64,000 nt of DNA from an uncultured bacterium (GTDB lineage: Bacteria > Bacillota_I > Bacilli_A > Erysipelotrichales > Erysipelotrichaceae). Where the stretch lies: the NCBI GenBank assembly GCA_903847945.1, contig CAINEY010000021.1, positions 19,501 through 83,500 on the forward strand. Direction: 5' to 3'. A model generated the notes under the pieces. It made no database searches. It was not told the origin of the DNA and saw only the letters and a program-made list of their open reading frames with translations. The position numbers were made by a program, and so were the translations under genes. Every line of letters starts with the position of its first letter. Position 1 is the first letter of the stretch. Shown piece by piece: positions 36,212 through 47,761 of the stretch.

Positions 36212-36757
36212 ATGACCAGTACAGGCTATGTGATGATGGGATTACTCAGTGAAGGACCGTTGACCGGTTACATGATCAAGAAATTGATCGATGTTCGGTT
36301 TCGTTTCTTTTGGAGTGAATCGTATGGGCAGATTTACCCGGTGCTCCAACAATTAGTGAAACAGGGATGGGTCAATAGTGGTCCTGGAGAGCGGAAGTCT
36401 TCAAAGGTGTATACCTTAACTGAGGAAGGTCAAAAGGCTTTGAGTGAGTGGTTGATGTTGGCTCCAGTCAAGGCAACTTATCGGTTGGAGATCTTGATCA
36501 AGGTGTACTTTGCGCACTTGGCTCCAACATCAAGCCTAAAAGACCATCTTCACACTCATCTCCAGGAACACACCCAAGAGCTTGGTCTATTGAACGCTTT
36601 TAAACATGAACTGGAATCGATTCCCGATCCCCAAGGGGATCACCGTAACATCCTAAGTGTTATCGATTACGGGATTCGATATAATCAAGCCATTTTGGAT
36701 TGGAGTAACGCGACATTGAGTCGCTTGGAGGATTCGAATGAATCAAACGTGGCGTAA
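36212..36757 (+). CDS. PadR family transcriptional regulator (with C-terminal dimerisation domain)
   Basis: GYVMMGLLSEGPLTGYMIKKLI..SESYGQIYPVLQQLVKQGWV. Confidence 0.85.
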   Translation: MTSTGYVMMGLLSEGPLTGYMIKKLIDVRFRFFWSESYGQIYPVLQQLVKQGWVNSGPGERKSSKVYTLTEEGQKALSEWLMLAPVKATYRLEILIKVYFAHLAPTSSLKDHLHTHLQEHTQELGLLNAFKHELESIPDPQGDHRNILSVIDYGIRYNQAILDWSNATLSRLEDSNESNVA

Positions 36758-37460
36758 AGCGGTAGCCTTGATCAGTTTGTTGATTTTTCCGGTAACTATA
36801 AATTTCTTCTCGCCTTATGTCAGTATCGATGGAGCTTTCCAAGGCATCGTTTCCGGCAGTGTGCTTCTGTTTGGGGTGATGTTGGTGACGGCGATCTTCT
36901 TTCGACGCACCTGGTGCTCGACGATTTGTCCCAATGCGACACTTAGTGACGTGCTAGAAGGTATCAATGGTAAACGGGTCAATCGGATTCCGTTGCGATG
37001 GATCCGACTGGGAATCTTCACGGTGTGGTTTGGAGTTTTGGTGATGGGCTTCGTCATGGCAGGAGGTATCGTCAAGATCGATCCGTGGCATTTGACTGAA
37101 TCCGGCATCTCGGTGGATGAACCGATGAAGTACATTACCTACTTCATGGTGCTGGGAACCTTAGGGTTGGTAACGGCGTTGGTGGGTAAACGCGGATCGT
37201 GTCATGCGATCTGTTGGATGTCACCGTTTCTGGTGGCTGGAACGTGGATCGGTGAGAAGCTGAATCTGCCGCAATACCAGATCCACTCCAAACCGGAGGT
37301 GTGCATTGCGTGCAAGCGATGTACAACCGTGTGTCCCATGTCCTTGGATGTGCATCGCGAGCTCTTGATCGGCAAGATTCGATCAACCGACTGCATTACG
37401 TGTGGACGCTGTGTCGATGTATGTCCGAAAGCAGTCTTGAAAGCAGGGTTTAAACGATGA
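36738..37460 (+). CDS. Membrane-bound 4Fe-4S ferredoxin-type protein (NapH/MauN-like)
   Basis: TM helices, RRTWCSTICP, and two clusters CIACKRCTTVCP and CITCGRCVDVCP. Confidence 0.75.
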   Translation: MNQTWRKAVALISLLIFPVTINFFSPYVSIDGAFQGIVSGSVLLFGVMLVTAIFFRRTWCSTICPNATLSDVLEGINGKRVNRIPLRWIRLGIFTVWFGVLVMGFVMAGGIVKIDPWHLTESGISVDEPMKYITYFMVLGTLGLVTALVGKRGSCHAICWMSPFLVAGTWIGEKLNLPQYQIHSKPEVCIACKRCTTVCPMSLDVHRELLIGKIRSTDCITCGRCVDVCPKAVLKAGFKR

Positions 37461-38509
37461 GCACACTAACGGATGATCTTCTCAAACTCAGTAATCAAGC
37501 CATCCGAAAAGGCAAGGGTCAACAACGTCAGATTCGAATCCTCTCGTCCGATAAACGGGTGGATATTGCGGTACCCCATGGAAGTGACGATCAACTCTTC
37601 CACATCGCCAGCATCGGGAAACTCTTTACCGCCGTCTCGGCTCTGCGGCTCGTTGAAAAGTGAGTCTGTCGATTGGAGGATCCAATCACGAAATGGATCG
37701 ATCCACAACGTCTAAACGGATTATTCCGGGATGATGCGAACTCCGTGACCTTGCGGCAATTATTGACGCACCGCAGCGGCGCATCGGATTACTTTGAAGG
37801 GCGTGATCGAAACGGAGTTCCGTTTGTCAAACAGGTGATTACCGATTTGGACCGGTATTGGACACCGGATGACTTATTGGATTATGTCCGAATGAATCAA
37901 TCCCCGGTCGGACAGGTGAATGAACGCTTTCAGTATGGGGATACCGGGTACTTACTGATCACGTTGGCGATCGAATCTATGACGGGCATGCCGTTTCGTG
38001 ATTGGCTCAATCAGGATTTGTTTGTTCCATTGGGACTTCATCACACGCAGTCCATGATCTATGATTGGCCGGAAGAGGATCGACTAGAGGTGGAATCTGT
38101 CATGTTTGATGGTGTCAATCTAGCGAAGGCGCGATCCTTGAGTTGTGATCGGGGAGATGGTGGTATCGTATCTACGCCGGATGATTTGATTCAGTTCATG
38201 CAAGCTCTTGAAGCCGGAAAACTGATTTCAATGGAACACTTGGCATTAATGAAAACCGAACAGGGTAAGTTTCGAGCGGGGATCCATTACGGGTTAGGCT
38301 TAATGTCGATCCATTTTAACGAGTTCTTCTTCCTGATGCGACACTTTCCGCGATGTACGGGACATATTGGGATCACAGCCACGCATTTGTTTTATGATCC
38401 GGATCATGATCTCACGATTGTTCTTAATTTCGGATCGAATACTGCCATGTCAGAGAGCTTTGTCTTTCTGAGTCAAGTCATGGGTATGGTTAAGAAACAC
38501 TTGGGATAA
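37457..38509 (+). pseudogene. Serine hydrolase / beta-lactamase-family (class C-like esterase) gene interrupted by one in-frame TGA at 37661..37663
   Basis: The N-terminal 68-aa piece carries SxxK (IASIGKLF). The same frame continues after the TGA with ..LEDPITKWI..LLTHRSGASDYF... The stop sits where homologues have the Gly of LVEeGKL. Confidence 0.7.
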
Positions 38510-38552
38510 GCTTTGGTGGTATAATAATGACGCAAAAGCCTTAGGAGGACGT

Positions 38553-39323
38553 ATGGGAACTGTCTATTCTGAAAAAGAATACCACATCAATCTGGAAGCC
38601 GGCGATGTCGGCGAGTATGTCATTTTACCCGGAGATCCGGGACGTTGTGCGAAAATCGCTGCGTATTTTGATGATCCGAAATTGGTTGCCTCGAATCGCG
38701 AGTATACCACCTACACCGGAACCCTCAAAGGGAAGAAAGTCAGTGTGACCTCAACCGGGATCGGTGGAGCTTCCGCAGCGATTGCGTTGGAAGAGTTAGT
38801 GCACATCGGCGCCAAGACCTTTATCCGCGTGGGAACCTCCGGCGGAATGCAACCGGAAGTGTTGGGGGGTGATCTGGTCATCGCAACCGGCGCGATCCGT
38901 TTGGATGGCACCTCAAAAGAGTATGCCCCGATCGAATACCCGGCGGTTCCGGACTACTCGGTCGTTCGTGCCCTTGAAGAAGCCGCGAAGGACATCAAGG
39001 CCCGTCATCACTTAGGCGTTGTCCAATGCAAAGACAGCTTCTATGGCCAACACAGTCCCGATTCGATGCCGATCGCGGCTCAACTCAACGCCAACTGGGA
39101 AGCTTACATCCGTACCGGAGCCTTGACGTCGGAGATGGAATCGGCCACCTTGTTTATCGTGGGTTCGACCCGTCGCGTGCGAGTCGGCAGTGTGCTGTTG
39201 GTGGTTGCCAATCAAACCCGGCGTAAACTGGGATTGGAAGATGTTCAAGTCCATGATACGGAACTGGCCATCAAAGTGGCCGTTAAAGCCATTGAAAAGC
39301 TGATCGAAGCGGATCACAAGTAA
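38553..39323 (+). CDS. udp: Uridine phosphorylase (nucleoside phosphorylase family 1)
   Basis: [45 protein letters not shown]. Confidence 0.8.
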   Translation: MGTVYSEKEYHINLEAGDVGEYVILPGDPGRCAKIAAYFDDPKLVASNREYTTYTGTLKGKKVSVTSTGIGGASAAIALEELVHIGAKTFIRVGTSGGMQPEVLGGDLVIATGAIRLDGTSKEYAPIEYPAVPDYSVVRALEEAAKDIKARHHLGVVQCKDSFYGQHSPDSMPIAAQLNANWEAYIRTGALTSEMESATLFIVGSTRRVRVGSVLLVVANQTRRKLGLEDVQVHDTELAIKVAVKAIEKLIEADHK

Positions 39324-39325
39324 AC

Positions 39326-39354
39326 AAAGAGCGTCTCATCAGAGACGCTCTTTT

Positions 39355-39356
<2 letters not shown>
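39326..39356. terminator. Bidirectional intrinsic terminator (udp / groEL)
   Basis: AAAGAGCGTCTC-ATCA-GAGACGCTCTTT plus a T-run. Confidence 0.85.
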
Positions 39357-41267
<1,911 letters not shown>

Positions 41268-41280
41268 GTTATCCCTCCTT

Positions 41281-41307
41281 TTAGCACTCTAACAGGTTAA
41301 GTGCTAA
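41281..41307 (-). promoter_or_regulatory. CIRCE element (HrcA operator)
   Basis: TTAGCACTC-N9-AAGTGCTAA differs at one position from the consensus TTAGCACTC-N9-GAGTGCTAA and lies between the promoter and the groES RBS. Confidence 0.85.
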
Positions 41308-41317
41308 TCCATTTTCT

Positions 41318-41345
41318 ATTATAGGGATTCACTCGGGCTTGTCAA
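41318..41345 (-). promoter_or_regulatory. Sigma-A promoter of groES-groEL
   Basis: Minus strand TTGACA-16 nt-TATAAT, immediately upstream of CIRCE. Confidence 0.65.
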
Positions 41346-41420
41346 GTCGCATTCATCAGAAAGCATGGTGTTTCCGTCTTTGATTGCCTTGTGTATACTA
41401 AGGATCAGAGGGATACTTTT

Positions 41421-42230
41421 ATGGACAACACTACTGTACTCTTTGCGTTTGCCTTAACGCTGTTTGCTGGACTATCGACCGGTATAGGCAGCGCACTTTC
41501 CTTGTTAACGAAACGAACCAACACGAAGTTCTTAGCGACAGCCCTGGGCTTCTCTGCCGGGGTGATGATCTACGTCTCCATGATCGAAATCATGGTGAAA
41601 GCACGAGATGCCTTGATCAGTTTCTTTGATGTCCGATTGGGATCATGGCTGACCGTGGGCGGTTTCTTTTTAGGTATCATCGTCATGGCCATCATCGATA
41701 AACTCGTGCCTGAAGCCGAGAATCCCCATGAAGCGCATACCGTTGAGGAGATGGACGGGAAAAGCGAAGCGCATAAAAGCAAGCTCATGCGCATGGGGGT
41801 CTTTACGGCTTTGGCGGTGGGAATCCACAACTTTCCGGAAGGACTGGCCACGTTCTTATCAGCCCTCAGTGATCCAACATTAGGGATCACCGTCGCCATC
41901 GCCATCGCCATCCACAACATTCCCGAAGGGATTGCGGTGGCCGTTCCGGTCTTCTACGCCACCGGATCGAAGATGAAGGCGTTCAAGCTCTCATTTCTCT
42001 CCGGGGTTTCTGAACCGATCGGAGCCTTGGTGGGTTATCTTTTGTTGGCTCCGTTCTTCAACGATGCGGTCTTTGGGTTTACCTTTGCGGCAGTCGCTGG
42101 GATCATGATCTACATCAGTTTGGATGAGCTCTTGCCGAGTGCCCGTGAATACGGGGAACACCATTGGTCGATGATGGGACTGATTGCTGGAATGGCGGTC
42201 ATGGCGACCAGCTTATTACTGCTTCTATAG
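41421..42230 (+). CDS. zupT: ZIP-family zinc transporter ZupT
   Basis: FALTLFAGLSTGIGS.., two copies of HNFPEG/HNIPEG, and a His-rich loop. Confidence 0.85.
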   Translation: MDNTTVLFAFALTLFAGLSTGIGSALSLLTKRTNTKFLATALGFSAGVMIYVSMIEIMVKARDALISFFDVRLGSWLTVGGFFLGIIVMAIIDKLVPEAENPHEAHTVEEMDGKSEAHKSKLMRMGVFTALAVGIHNFPEGLATFLSALSDPTLGITVAIAIAIHNIPEGIAVAVPVFYATGSKMKAFKLSFLSGVSEPIGALVGYLLLAPFFNDAVFGFTFAAVAGIMIYISLDELLPSAREYGEHHWSMMGLIAGMAVMATSLLLLL

Positions 42231-42255
42231 AAAATGACGGGTAACCGTCATTTTT
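42231..42255. terminator. Bidirectional intrinsic terminator
   Basis: AAAATGACGG-GTAA-CCGTCATTTT. Confidence 0.8.
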
Positions 42256-43021
42256 CTTGAAGTAAAAGGGTAATGCATTCGCTGACCGAAGCGACAACAT
42301 TCTCGGCGTGATCCTGAAGTTCAGGATGACCGGAAGCGATGGCAAAGCTGCGGACGGCTTTGATCATGGGCAGATCATTGAGGTGATCACCGATGGCGAT
42401 GATCTCAGAGTCCGGAAAGAGGGAGGCCAGTTTGAGGATGCCGGTCCCTTTATCGTGCCCCTTGGGACCGATATCGACCGTATCGCTGTTGATGTGGGCT
42501 TCCACATCCGGATAGGTTTTTAAGATATGATCCGCAAGTTCAAGCGTTCGTTCACGATGATGCGAGCGCAAGTAGAAGGCTGTGACATGATTAGCTGCCA
42601 ATACAACTTCCCGTTCAGCGGCGTGCTTGCGGATGTTTTGGGTGGCGAGGCTGGAAACGACGGTTCCGCGCTGTTCACTGAAGTAGCCGTGGGAACCGCT
42701 GGCTCCATAAAGCACATCCGGCTCACGATCGAGAAGATCCAGAATTCCTTGGACGGTTTTTGGATCCAAGACTGTTTCATCCAGCAAGTGTTCATCCGCG
42801 TCATAAATCAATGCGCCGTTATTGCACACCAGGAAATCCACGGGTATGCGTTCAGCCAAGAGCTCACTGGCAATCATCGTGTGGGAACGTCCGGTGATGA
42901 CCCCGAAGCGATGACCTGCTGCGCGAAAGTCATGAATCGCTCGGCGATCGGTTTCGGTGATCGTGGCGTTTTGTTTGAGGGTGCCGTCAAAGTCTGAGGC
43001 CAGAACATAAGGTTTTAACAT
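42248..43021 (-). CDS. Cof-type HAD-IIB phosphatase
   Basis: ASDFDGTL motif I and GDHLNDLPM motif IV. Confidence 0.85.
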   Translation of the reverse strand: MLKPYVLASDFDGTLKQNATITETDRRAIHDFRAAGHRFGVITGRSHTMIASELLAERIPVDFLVCNNGALIYDADEHLLDETVLDPKTVQGILDLLDREPDVLYGASGSHGYFSEQRGTVVSSLATQNIRKHAAEREVVLAANHVTAFYLRSHHRERTLELADHILKTYPDVEAHINSDTVDIGPKGHDKGTGILKLASLFPDSEIIAIGDHLNDLPMIKAVRSFAIASGHPELQDHAENVVASVSECITLLLQEK

Positions 43022-43078
43022 ACCCTCTCATGATAAACTATTTAAAGAGTCCGGTCACGGAAAACAGGAGATCTACTC

Positions 43079-43960
43079 ATGGAATCATTGAACACGGTAC
43101 TTAGCCGGCTCGAAGCCTTGGGGGTGAAGAGCGAAGAACTGCAAAAGGCGTTGGAGCGTCCGACGCTCGATGCCGCTTCCACTAAGCCCTTTTGGGATGA
43201 TCCGTATATTGCGACACAGATGATGAGGTTTCACTTGGATCCAAACGTAGAGGCTGCTAGTAAACGTCATGCGGTGATCGATGCAGAATGTACCTTCTTG
43301 GCTAAAGCTTTGAATCTCAAACCGGGAAAGACCTTGATTGATCTAGGCTGTGGACCTGGCTTGTATCTGGAACGTTGGCTCGCTACCAGGGCTCAACTGG
43401 TTGGGGTAGATCTCTCCTCTGTCGCCGTTGTAACCGCAAAAAAGCGGTTGAACGCTCCAATCACCTGGATCGTGGCGGATTACAGACAGCTGCCCAAGAC
43501 GCTAAAAGCCGATGCGATGACTTTGATCTACTATGACTTCACGGCCCTTCCGGTGAAAGATCAGGTTCCGCTTCTCAAAGAAATCACTGATCACCTCAAT
43601 CCCGGAGGTCTAATCGCTTTGGATGTGATGACCCCGCAGAACACCTATAAAGAGTCCATTCGGATCGCTCAACGCGAAAGCGGATTTTGGAGTCCGAAGC
43701 CACATACCGAGATCCATCAAGTGTTCATCCACACGTCTCCGAAAGTCATCATCGACCAATACACCCTGATCGATCCATCCGGTCATTGGGACACCATCCG
43801 CATACAAAACCGTTTATTGACTCAAGCAGAGCTGGAAGGGATGTTGAAAGAAGCCGGATTGATGCCGGTCACTTGGCTCAGTGACCTCTCTGGAAATCCT
43901 TATCATCCTTCCTCCAAGACCTTGGCCGTTATTGCTCAAAAAAACCATTCACAACCGTGA
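43079..43960 (+). CDS. Class I SAM-dependent methyltransferase
   Basis: LIDLGCGPGLY motif I; CAGGAG RBS. Confidence 0.75.
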   Translation: MESLNTVLSRLEALGVKSEELQKALERPTLDAASTKPFWDDPYIATQMMRFHLDPNVEAASKRHAVIDAECTFLAKALNLKPGKTLIDLGCGPGLYLERWLATRAQLVGVDLSSVAVVTAKKRLNAPITWIVADYRQLPKTLKADAMTLIYYDFTALPVKDQVPLLKEITDHLNPGGLIALDVMTPQNTYKESIRIAQRESGFWSPKPHTEIHQVFIHTSPKVIIDQYTLIDPSGHWDTIRIQNRLLTQAELEGMLKEAGLMPVTWLSDLSGNPYHPSSKTLAVIAQKNHSQP

Positions 43961-43968
43961 ATGGTTTT
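43938..43968. terminator. Bidirectional intrinsic terminator overlapping the end of the methyltransferase gene
   Basis: AAAAACCATTCAC-AACC-GTGAATGGTTTTT. Confidence 0.75.
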
Positions 43969-44792
43969 TAGTTGGATTGACAGTGCGGGCAGAAGTAGAT
44001 GCTGCCGCCCATGTAGGGCTCTTTGCGAAGTTCACTGCCGCATTCCGGACAGCCTTCCAGAAGGGTATTCGCACTCAGGAGGGTGCGATAACCTCCGGGT
44101 TGCCCAAACAGGTTCTTCTCGGTATCGCGTCCGCCTTCATCGCGCATACGGGTCAAGGTATTGACTAGGGTCGTATACAGGGTTGCCCATTGGGTCTCAC
44201 TCACCTCAGAGACTTTTGTCTTGGGATGAAGTTTTGATAAGAGGAGGATGTCTTGTAGGACTCCGTTGCCTAAGCCGGGAATGCGTTGTTCTGTTGCCAA
44301 CAACGCTTTCAGACTGAGTTTGGGAGGAGCCAGTTCGACGATGCCTTTGAAGTAGTCCAACGAAAACTCCGGGCTGTAGACGCTGGGATTGGTTTTAGCG
44401 ATCAGGTAATAGGGATTGTTGAAGGTGCCCTCCTCAAAACCAAAGATCATCCCATACATGGCGATCGAGATCGTTAAGGCACTGCCATCCTCAAACTTCA
44501 TGAAGAGTTGGTGTTTGGCGGGAACTGTGGAAAGATCGGAATGATAACGCAGATTCGCCCCATCCGAGATCACCAGGCGTTGATGATCGAAAGCCAGTTC
44601 GACTTGTCCGCCTTGGGCGTTCGCTCCGGTGAAGGTGGTGTCGATGAAACGGTTGGGGTACGAAGAGGGATCGCCGTGGTAGAAGGCAAACTTATGAGGC
44701 GATTGATTGACGACCATCGCCACGATGCTTTTACCTTTCAGGGTCGCATTGAGTTGAGTGGCCAGGGTATGGCTTTCCGGCAGTTCAATCAT
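43968..44792 (-). CDS. Fpg/Nei-family DNA glycosylase-like protein lacking the N-terminal proline
   Basis: MIELPES (canonical MPELPEV), H2TH EQRIPGLGNGVLQDILLLSKLHP and the zinc finger CPECGS..FCPHCQ. ATG 44792 overlaps the nitroreductase stop by 8 nt. Confidence 0.75.
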   Translation of the reverse strand: MIELPESHTLATQLNATLKGKSIVAMVVNQSPHKFAFYHGDPSSYPNRFIDTTFTGANAQGGQVELAFDHQRLVISDGANLRYHSDLSTVPAKHQLFMKFEDGSALTISIAMYGMIFGFEEGTFNNPYYLIAKTNPSVYSPEFSLDYFKGIVELAPPKLSLKALLATEQRIPGLGNGVLQDILLLSKLHPKTKVSEVSETQWATLYTTLVNTLTRMRDEGGRDTEKNLFGQPGGYRTLLSANTLLEGCPECGSELRKEPYMGGSIYFCPHCQSN

Positions 44793-45552
44793 CGGCGCGC
44801 TCCGGAAGGCTGAAGCCTTGAGCTCTGAGGAAATCGAGAATGAGTTCACGGCGCGGATTGGCAGCACTTAAGCGTTTGACGAGTTGACCACTGAAGGTCG
44901 GGGTTTCGATCTTGGGATCGCGTTGACGGTAGTACGCTTCACAGATCACATCGTAGTCGGCAATAGCTTGGGCGTAATCATCGAAAACGGTGTAGGTGTT
45001 GTCGAAGATGCGCAAGGATTTGTCCATCCGCGGCCGTTGTCCGGGATCCTGATCGGGAAGTCCCACCATGAGTCCAACCACCGGGAAAGTCAATTGGGGA
45101 AGCTTCAAGGCTTGGACAAGCTGCGGGATATCGTTGAGGATACTGCCCAGATAACACGTTCCCAGACCCATCGATTCAGCAGCATTGACCACATTCTGGG
45201 CGGTGATACAGGCATCGGTAAAGGCTTGAAAGAAACGGGAAGGCAGTCCGGCCGTTTCGATCGGATGGCCGATGTCGTTGGTGATTGCGTTATTGCGGTA
45301 TTGATCGACGATAAAGATCAGCAAGAGCGGTGCTTTGGCGACGTAGGATTGATTGCAGATCTGGGCAATCTGAGCTTTTAGGTTGGGATCGGTGATGTTG
45401 AGGATGGACGAGGCCTGCATGGCACTGGACGTAGCCGTCCAACGCGCGACTTCAAAAAGGGTGTTGATCGTGGCTTCGGGTAAAGGCTCGGGTCTAAAGG
45501 CACGGTAGGTGCGATGAGCCAGTTGGTGCGCTAAGGTGAAATTATCGGGCAT
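44785..45552 (-). CDS. NfsA/NfrA-like NADPH nitroreductase
   Basis: AHRTYRAFRPEPL.. is nitroreductase-fold. ATG 45552 has CAGGAG 6 nt upstream. The upstream ATG 45573 lies inside the TATAAT box. Confidence 0.85.
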   Translation of the reverse strand: MPDNFTLAHQLAHRTYRAFRPEPLPEATINTLFEVARWTATSSAMQASSILNITDPNLKAQIAQICNQSYVAKAPLLLIFIVDQYRNNAITNDIGHPIETAGLPSRFFQAFTDACITAQNVVNAAESMGLGTCYLGSILNDIPQLVQALKLPQLTFPVVGLMVGLPDQDPGQRPRMDKSLRIFDNTYTVFDDYAQAIADYDVICEAYYRQRDPKIETPTFSGQLVKRLSAANPRRELILDFLRAQGFSLPERADD

Positions 45553-45592
45553 ACGGTTCTCCTGTGGCTTCATTATAACGCAATTGCGGACA

Positions 45593-45617
45593 TAAAAAGG
45601 AATCCGAGGATTCCTTA
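45593..45617 (-). terminator. Intrinsic terminator of the glp operon
   Basis: Minus strand AAGGAATCC-TCG-GGATTCCTT followed by TTTT. Confidence 0.75.
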
Positions 45618-46169
45618 AGGTTGAAAGGTCGTGGCAAGGTTAAGGTCACTGACCGTGACGCGGGTAATTCCGGCTTGAGTCAATGTGCGGATCGTGTCGA
45701 CATCGCGAATCAATCCCCCGGCCCAGACTTCACAGGGTGCCGATTCGATCATGGGAACGATGAGCGGATAGACCAGCGACGGCATGAATTCAACCGCATC
45801 CGGTACTAACGTTTGCGTGAGTTCGATCCCGCGTTTCAGTGACTTGGAATCCATCACAAACAGCCTCAGAATGGCGGGAGTCTTATTCTTTTTGGCCATT
45901 TCGATGACTTTGGGTTTGGAACTGATGATGGCATCAGCGTGCAAGTGTTGGATGATGTGCTGGGTGCCGTATTCATCGCTGGCTAAGCCTTGGATGAGTT
46001 CAATGTGGACGATGACGCTGCGCTGGTGGGCGTGGGCCGTTTCGATAACTTCACCCAAAAGGTTGAGATGGAAGTCTTGGGCGATAAAGCACGGCAAGGG
46101 CGTCTCCAAAAAGCGCAGTAACGCTTTCATCGAGGTAATGACCGGAATAACGGGTTGATCAGGCAGCAT
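45615..46169 (-). CDS. glpP: Glycerol-3-phosphate responsive antiterminator GlpP
   Basis: ..PVIPVITSMKALLRFLETP..IVHIELIQGLASDEYG.. matches the GlpP (G3P_antiterm) family; 184 aa. Confidence 0.8.
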   Translation of the reverse strand: MLPDQPVIPVITSMKALLRFLETPLPCFIAQDFHLNLLGEVIETAHAHQRSVIVHIELIQGLASDEYGTQHIIQHLHADAIISSKPKVIEMAKKNKTPAILRLFVMDSKSLKRGIELTQTLVPDAVEFMPSLVYPLIVPMIESAPCEVWAGGLIRDVDTIRTLTQAGITRVTVSDLNLATTFQP

Positions 46170-46527
46170 GCGTGTTCTCCAGGGTTCGTGTCGCCACTAA
46201 ATGGATGCCTTCACCGGCGAAGTTCTCCACCAGGACATCTCCAGCGTTTACCGGAGCGTGGATCGTCAGGTGATTGAGTTTGTCCATGGTGCTCAAGAGT
46301 TCTCCTTTGGGAATGGGAGCGCTTGTGACGACCGGACAGCGGGGAATGGCGGCCCCAAGGATGGCCACGGTGGCCGTCAAGGTCCGACGGGGATCGGCTG
46401 TTTCCTGGATTGCGTACGCCGCTCCGCGGGCACAGGCATTGCCTTCGGTGATCCAGGGACTGGTTTCGGCGTTGACGGTGATTTGACAACCTTTAGGGCA
46501 AATGATGCAGGTGATGGGTTTATTCAT
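46159..46527 (-). CDS. DUF1667 domain protein (third subunit of the anaerobic-type glycerol-3-phosphate oxidoreductase cluster)
   Basis: ITCIICPKGCQITV..GNACARG signature. Confidence 0.8.
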   Translation of the reverse strand: MNKPITCIICPKGCQITVNAETSPWITEGNACARGAAYAIQETADPRRTLTATVAILGAAIPRCPVVTSAPIPKGELLSTMDKLNHLTIHAPVNAGDVLVENFAGEGIHLVATRTLENTHAA

Positions 46528-47761
46528 CGCTCAGCTCCACACTCCAATTGTAGTGGATTTTGGACAAGAGTGCATGCGGAATCTCGATCCGTTGCATCTC
46601 TGAAGGGTGTAAACGGGTCTTGGGAAGGGTCAATACGACTTCCCCATCCCCAACCAGTCGGATCACGGCTTTCTCCATGGGTTGAGTGACGCGATAATTG
46701 AGGGTCAAATGTGAAGCACCGTCATGAACGCTTTGAGGCAGGATGTAGGCGAGTTTCCCTTTGGCAGTGATGGGAATGCGTGTTGCTTTAGCTTCTGATT
46801 GAAGTGACTCGGCGATGGCTTGCGCGACCTTCTCGCCTTCCAACGAAACCCAATCCACCAGATCGTGAATGTGCAAGGCATTCCCGCAGGCATAGATACC
46901 GTCCACGGAGGTCATGAGGTGATCATCGACCACGGGTCCTCGAGTCCTTGGATCCATGAGGAGTCCGGCCTGTTCACCCAAGACTTGATCCGGAAGCAGT
47001 CCAATCGACAAGAGCACCGTATCCACCTCGACCCGTTGGGCCGTCTCCGGGATGGGTCGACGATTCGCATCCACGGTACAGAGTGTGATCGCATTGACCC
47101 GCGGTTTTCCGTGAATCGCGGTAATGGTAGTGGAGAGGTGTAAGGGAATATTGAAGTCATCCAAGCACTGAACCAGGTTACGGGTCAATCCGTTACTGTA
47201 GGGCAACAACTCAGCCACACCGACCACGGTTGCACCGGAGAGAGTCATGCGTCGGGCCATGATGAGTCCGATGTCCCCGCTGCCCAGGATAAAGACTTTA
47301 CGCCCGACCAAGTAGCCGTCGATGTTGAGGTAACGTTGGGCTGAACCTGCTGTCCAGACCCCGATACTGCGATCGCCCGGGATGCCGATGTTGCCACGGG
47401 TGCGTTCACGGGCACCTAAAGCCAAAACAACGATCTGGGGATGCAAGGTATGACACCCGGTGCGATCGCTGTAGATGAGGGTCTTATCGGGATGAAGTTC
47501 CAACACCGTAGCTCCTAAACGGATGTCCGGATGATACGGCATTATGTCATCGATGAAGCGTTGGGCGTAATGGGGTCCGGTGTATTCCTGTTTGAAGCGG
47601 GTCAATCCAAAACCGGTATGAATGCACTGATTGAGGATACCGCCGAGCTCATCTTCCTTTTCGAGGATGACCACATCTGAGATTCCCTTTTGATAGAGCG
47701 CTAAGGCACAAGCCAATCCGGCACTGCCGCCGCCGATGATGACGATCTTGGGGTCAGTCAT
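46520..47761 (-). CDS. FAD/NAD(P)-binding pyridine nucleotide-disulfide-family oxidoreductase
   Basis: KIVIIGGGSAGLACAL and a second Rossmann motif VFILGSGDIGLIMA. ATG 47761 overlaps the upstream stop by 8 nt. Confidence 0.85.
   Translation of the reverse strand: MTDPKIVIIGGGSAGLACALALYQKGISDVVILEKEDELGGILNQCIHTGFGLTRFKQEYTGPHYAQRFIDDIMPYHPDIRLGATVLELHPDKTLIYSDRTGCHTLHPQIVVLALGARERTRGNIGIPGDRSIGVWTAGSAQRYLNIDGYLVGRKVFILGSGDIGLIMARRMTLSGATVVGVAELLPYSNGLTRNLVQCLDDFNIPLHLSTTITAIHGKPRVNAITLCTVDANRRPIPETAQRVEVDTVLLSIGLLPDQVLGEQAGLLMDPRTRGPVVDDHLMTSVDGIYACGNALHIHDLVDWVSLEGEKVAQAIAESLQSEAKATRIPITAKGKLAYILPQSVHDGASHLTLNYRVTQPMEKAVIRLVGDGEVVLTLPKTRLHPSEMQRIEIPHALLSKIHYNWSVELSDE

Noticed and set aside
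37661-37663. TGA might be read as Trp (genetic code 4), as in some Mollicutes-related lineages.
   Set aside because: Many well-supported genes in the window terminate at TGA at the expected protein ends. Examples are 7899..7901, 16827..16829, 20735..20737 and 30470..30472. The standard bacterial code therefore applies.
37661-37687. The in-frame TGA in the serine-hydrolase gene could encode selenocysteine. It is followed by Val-Cys (a U-x-C-like motif) and a small hairpin GATTGG-AGGAT-CCAATC starting 8 nt downstream, which could pass for a SECIS.
   Set aside because: The codon aligns with a structural Gly of the conserved LVEeGKL motif, not with a redox Cys. The hairpin is only 6 bp, and I recognise no features of known bacterial SECIS elements in it. 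No selA, selB or selD genes are visible. A GGA-to-TGA nonsense change or a sequencing error is more parsimonious.
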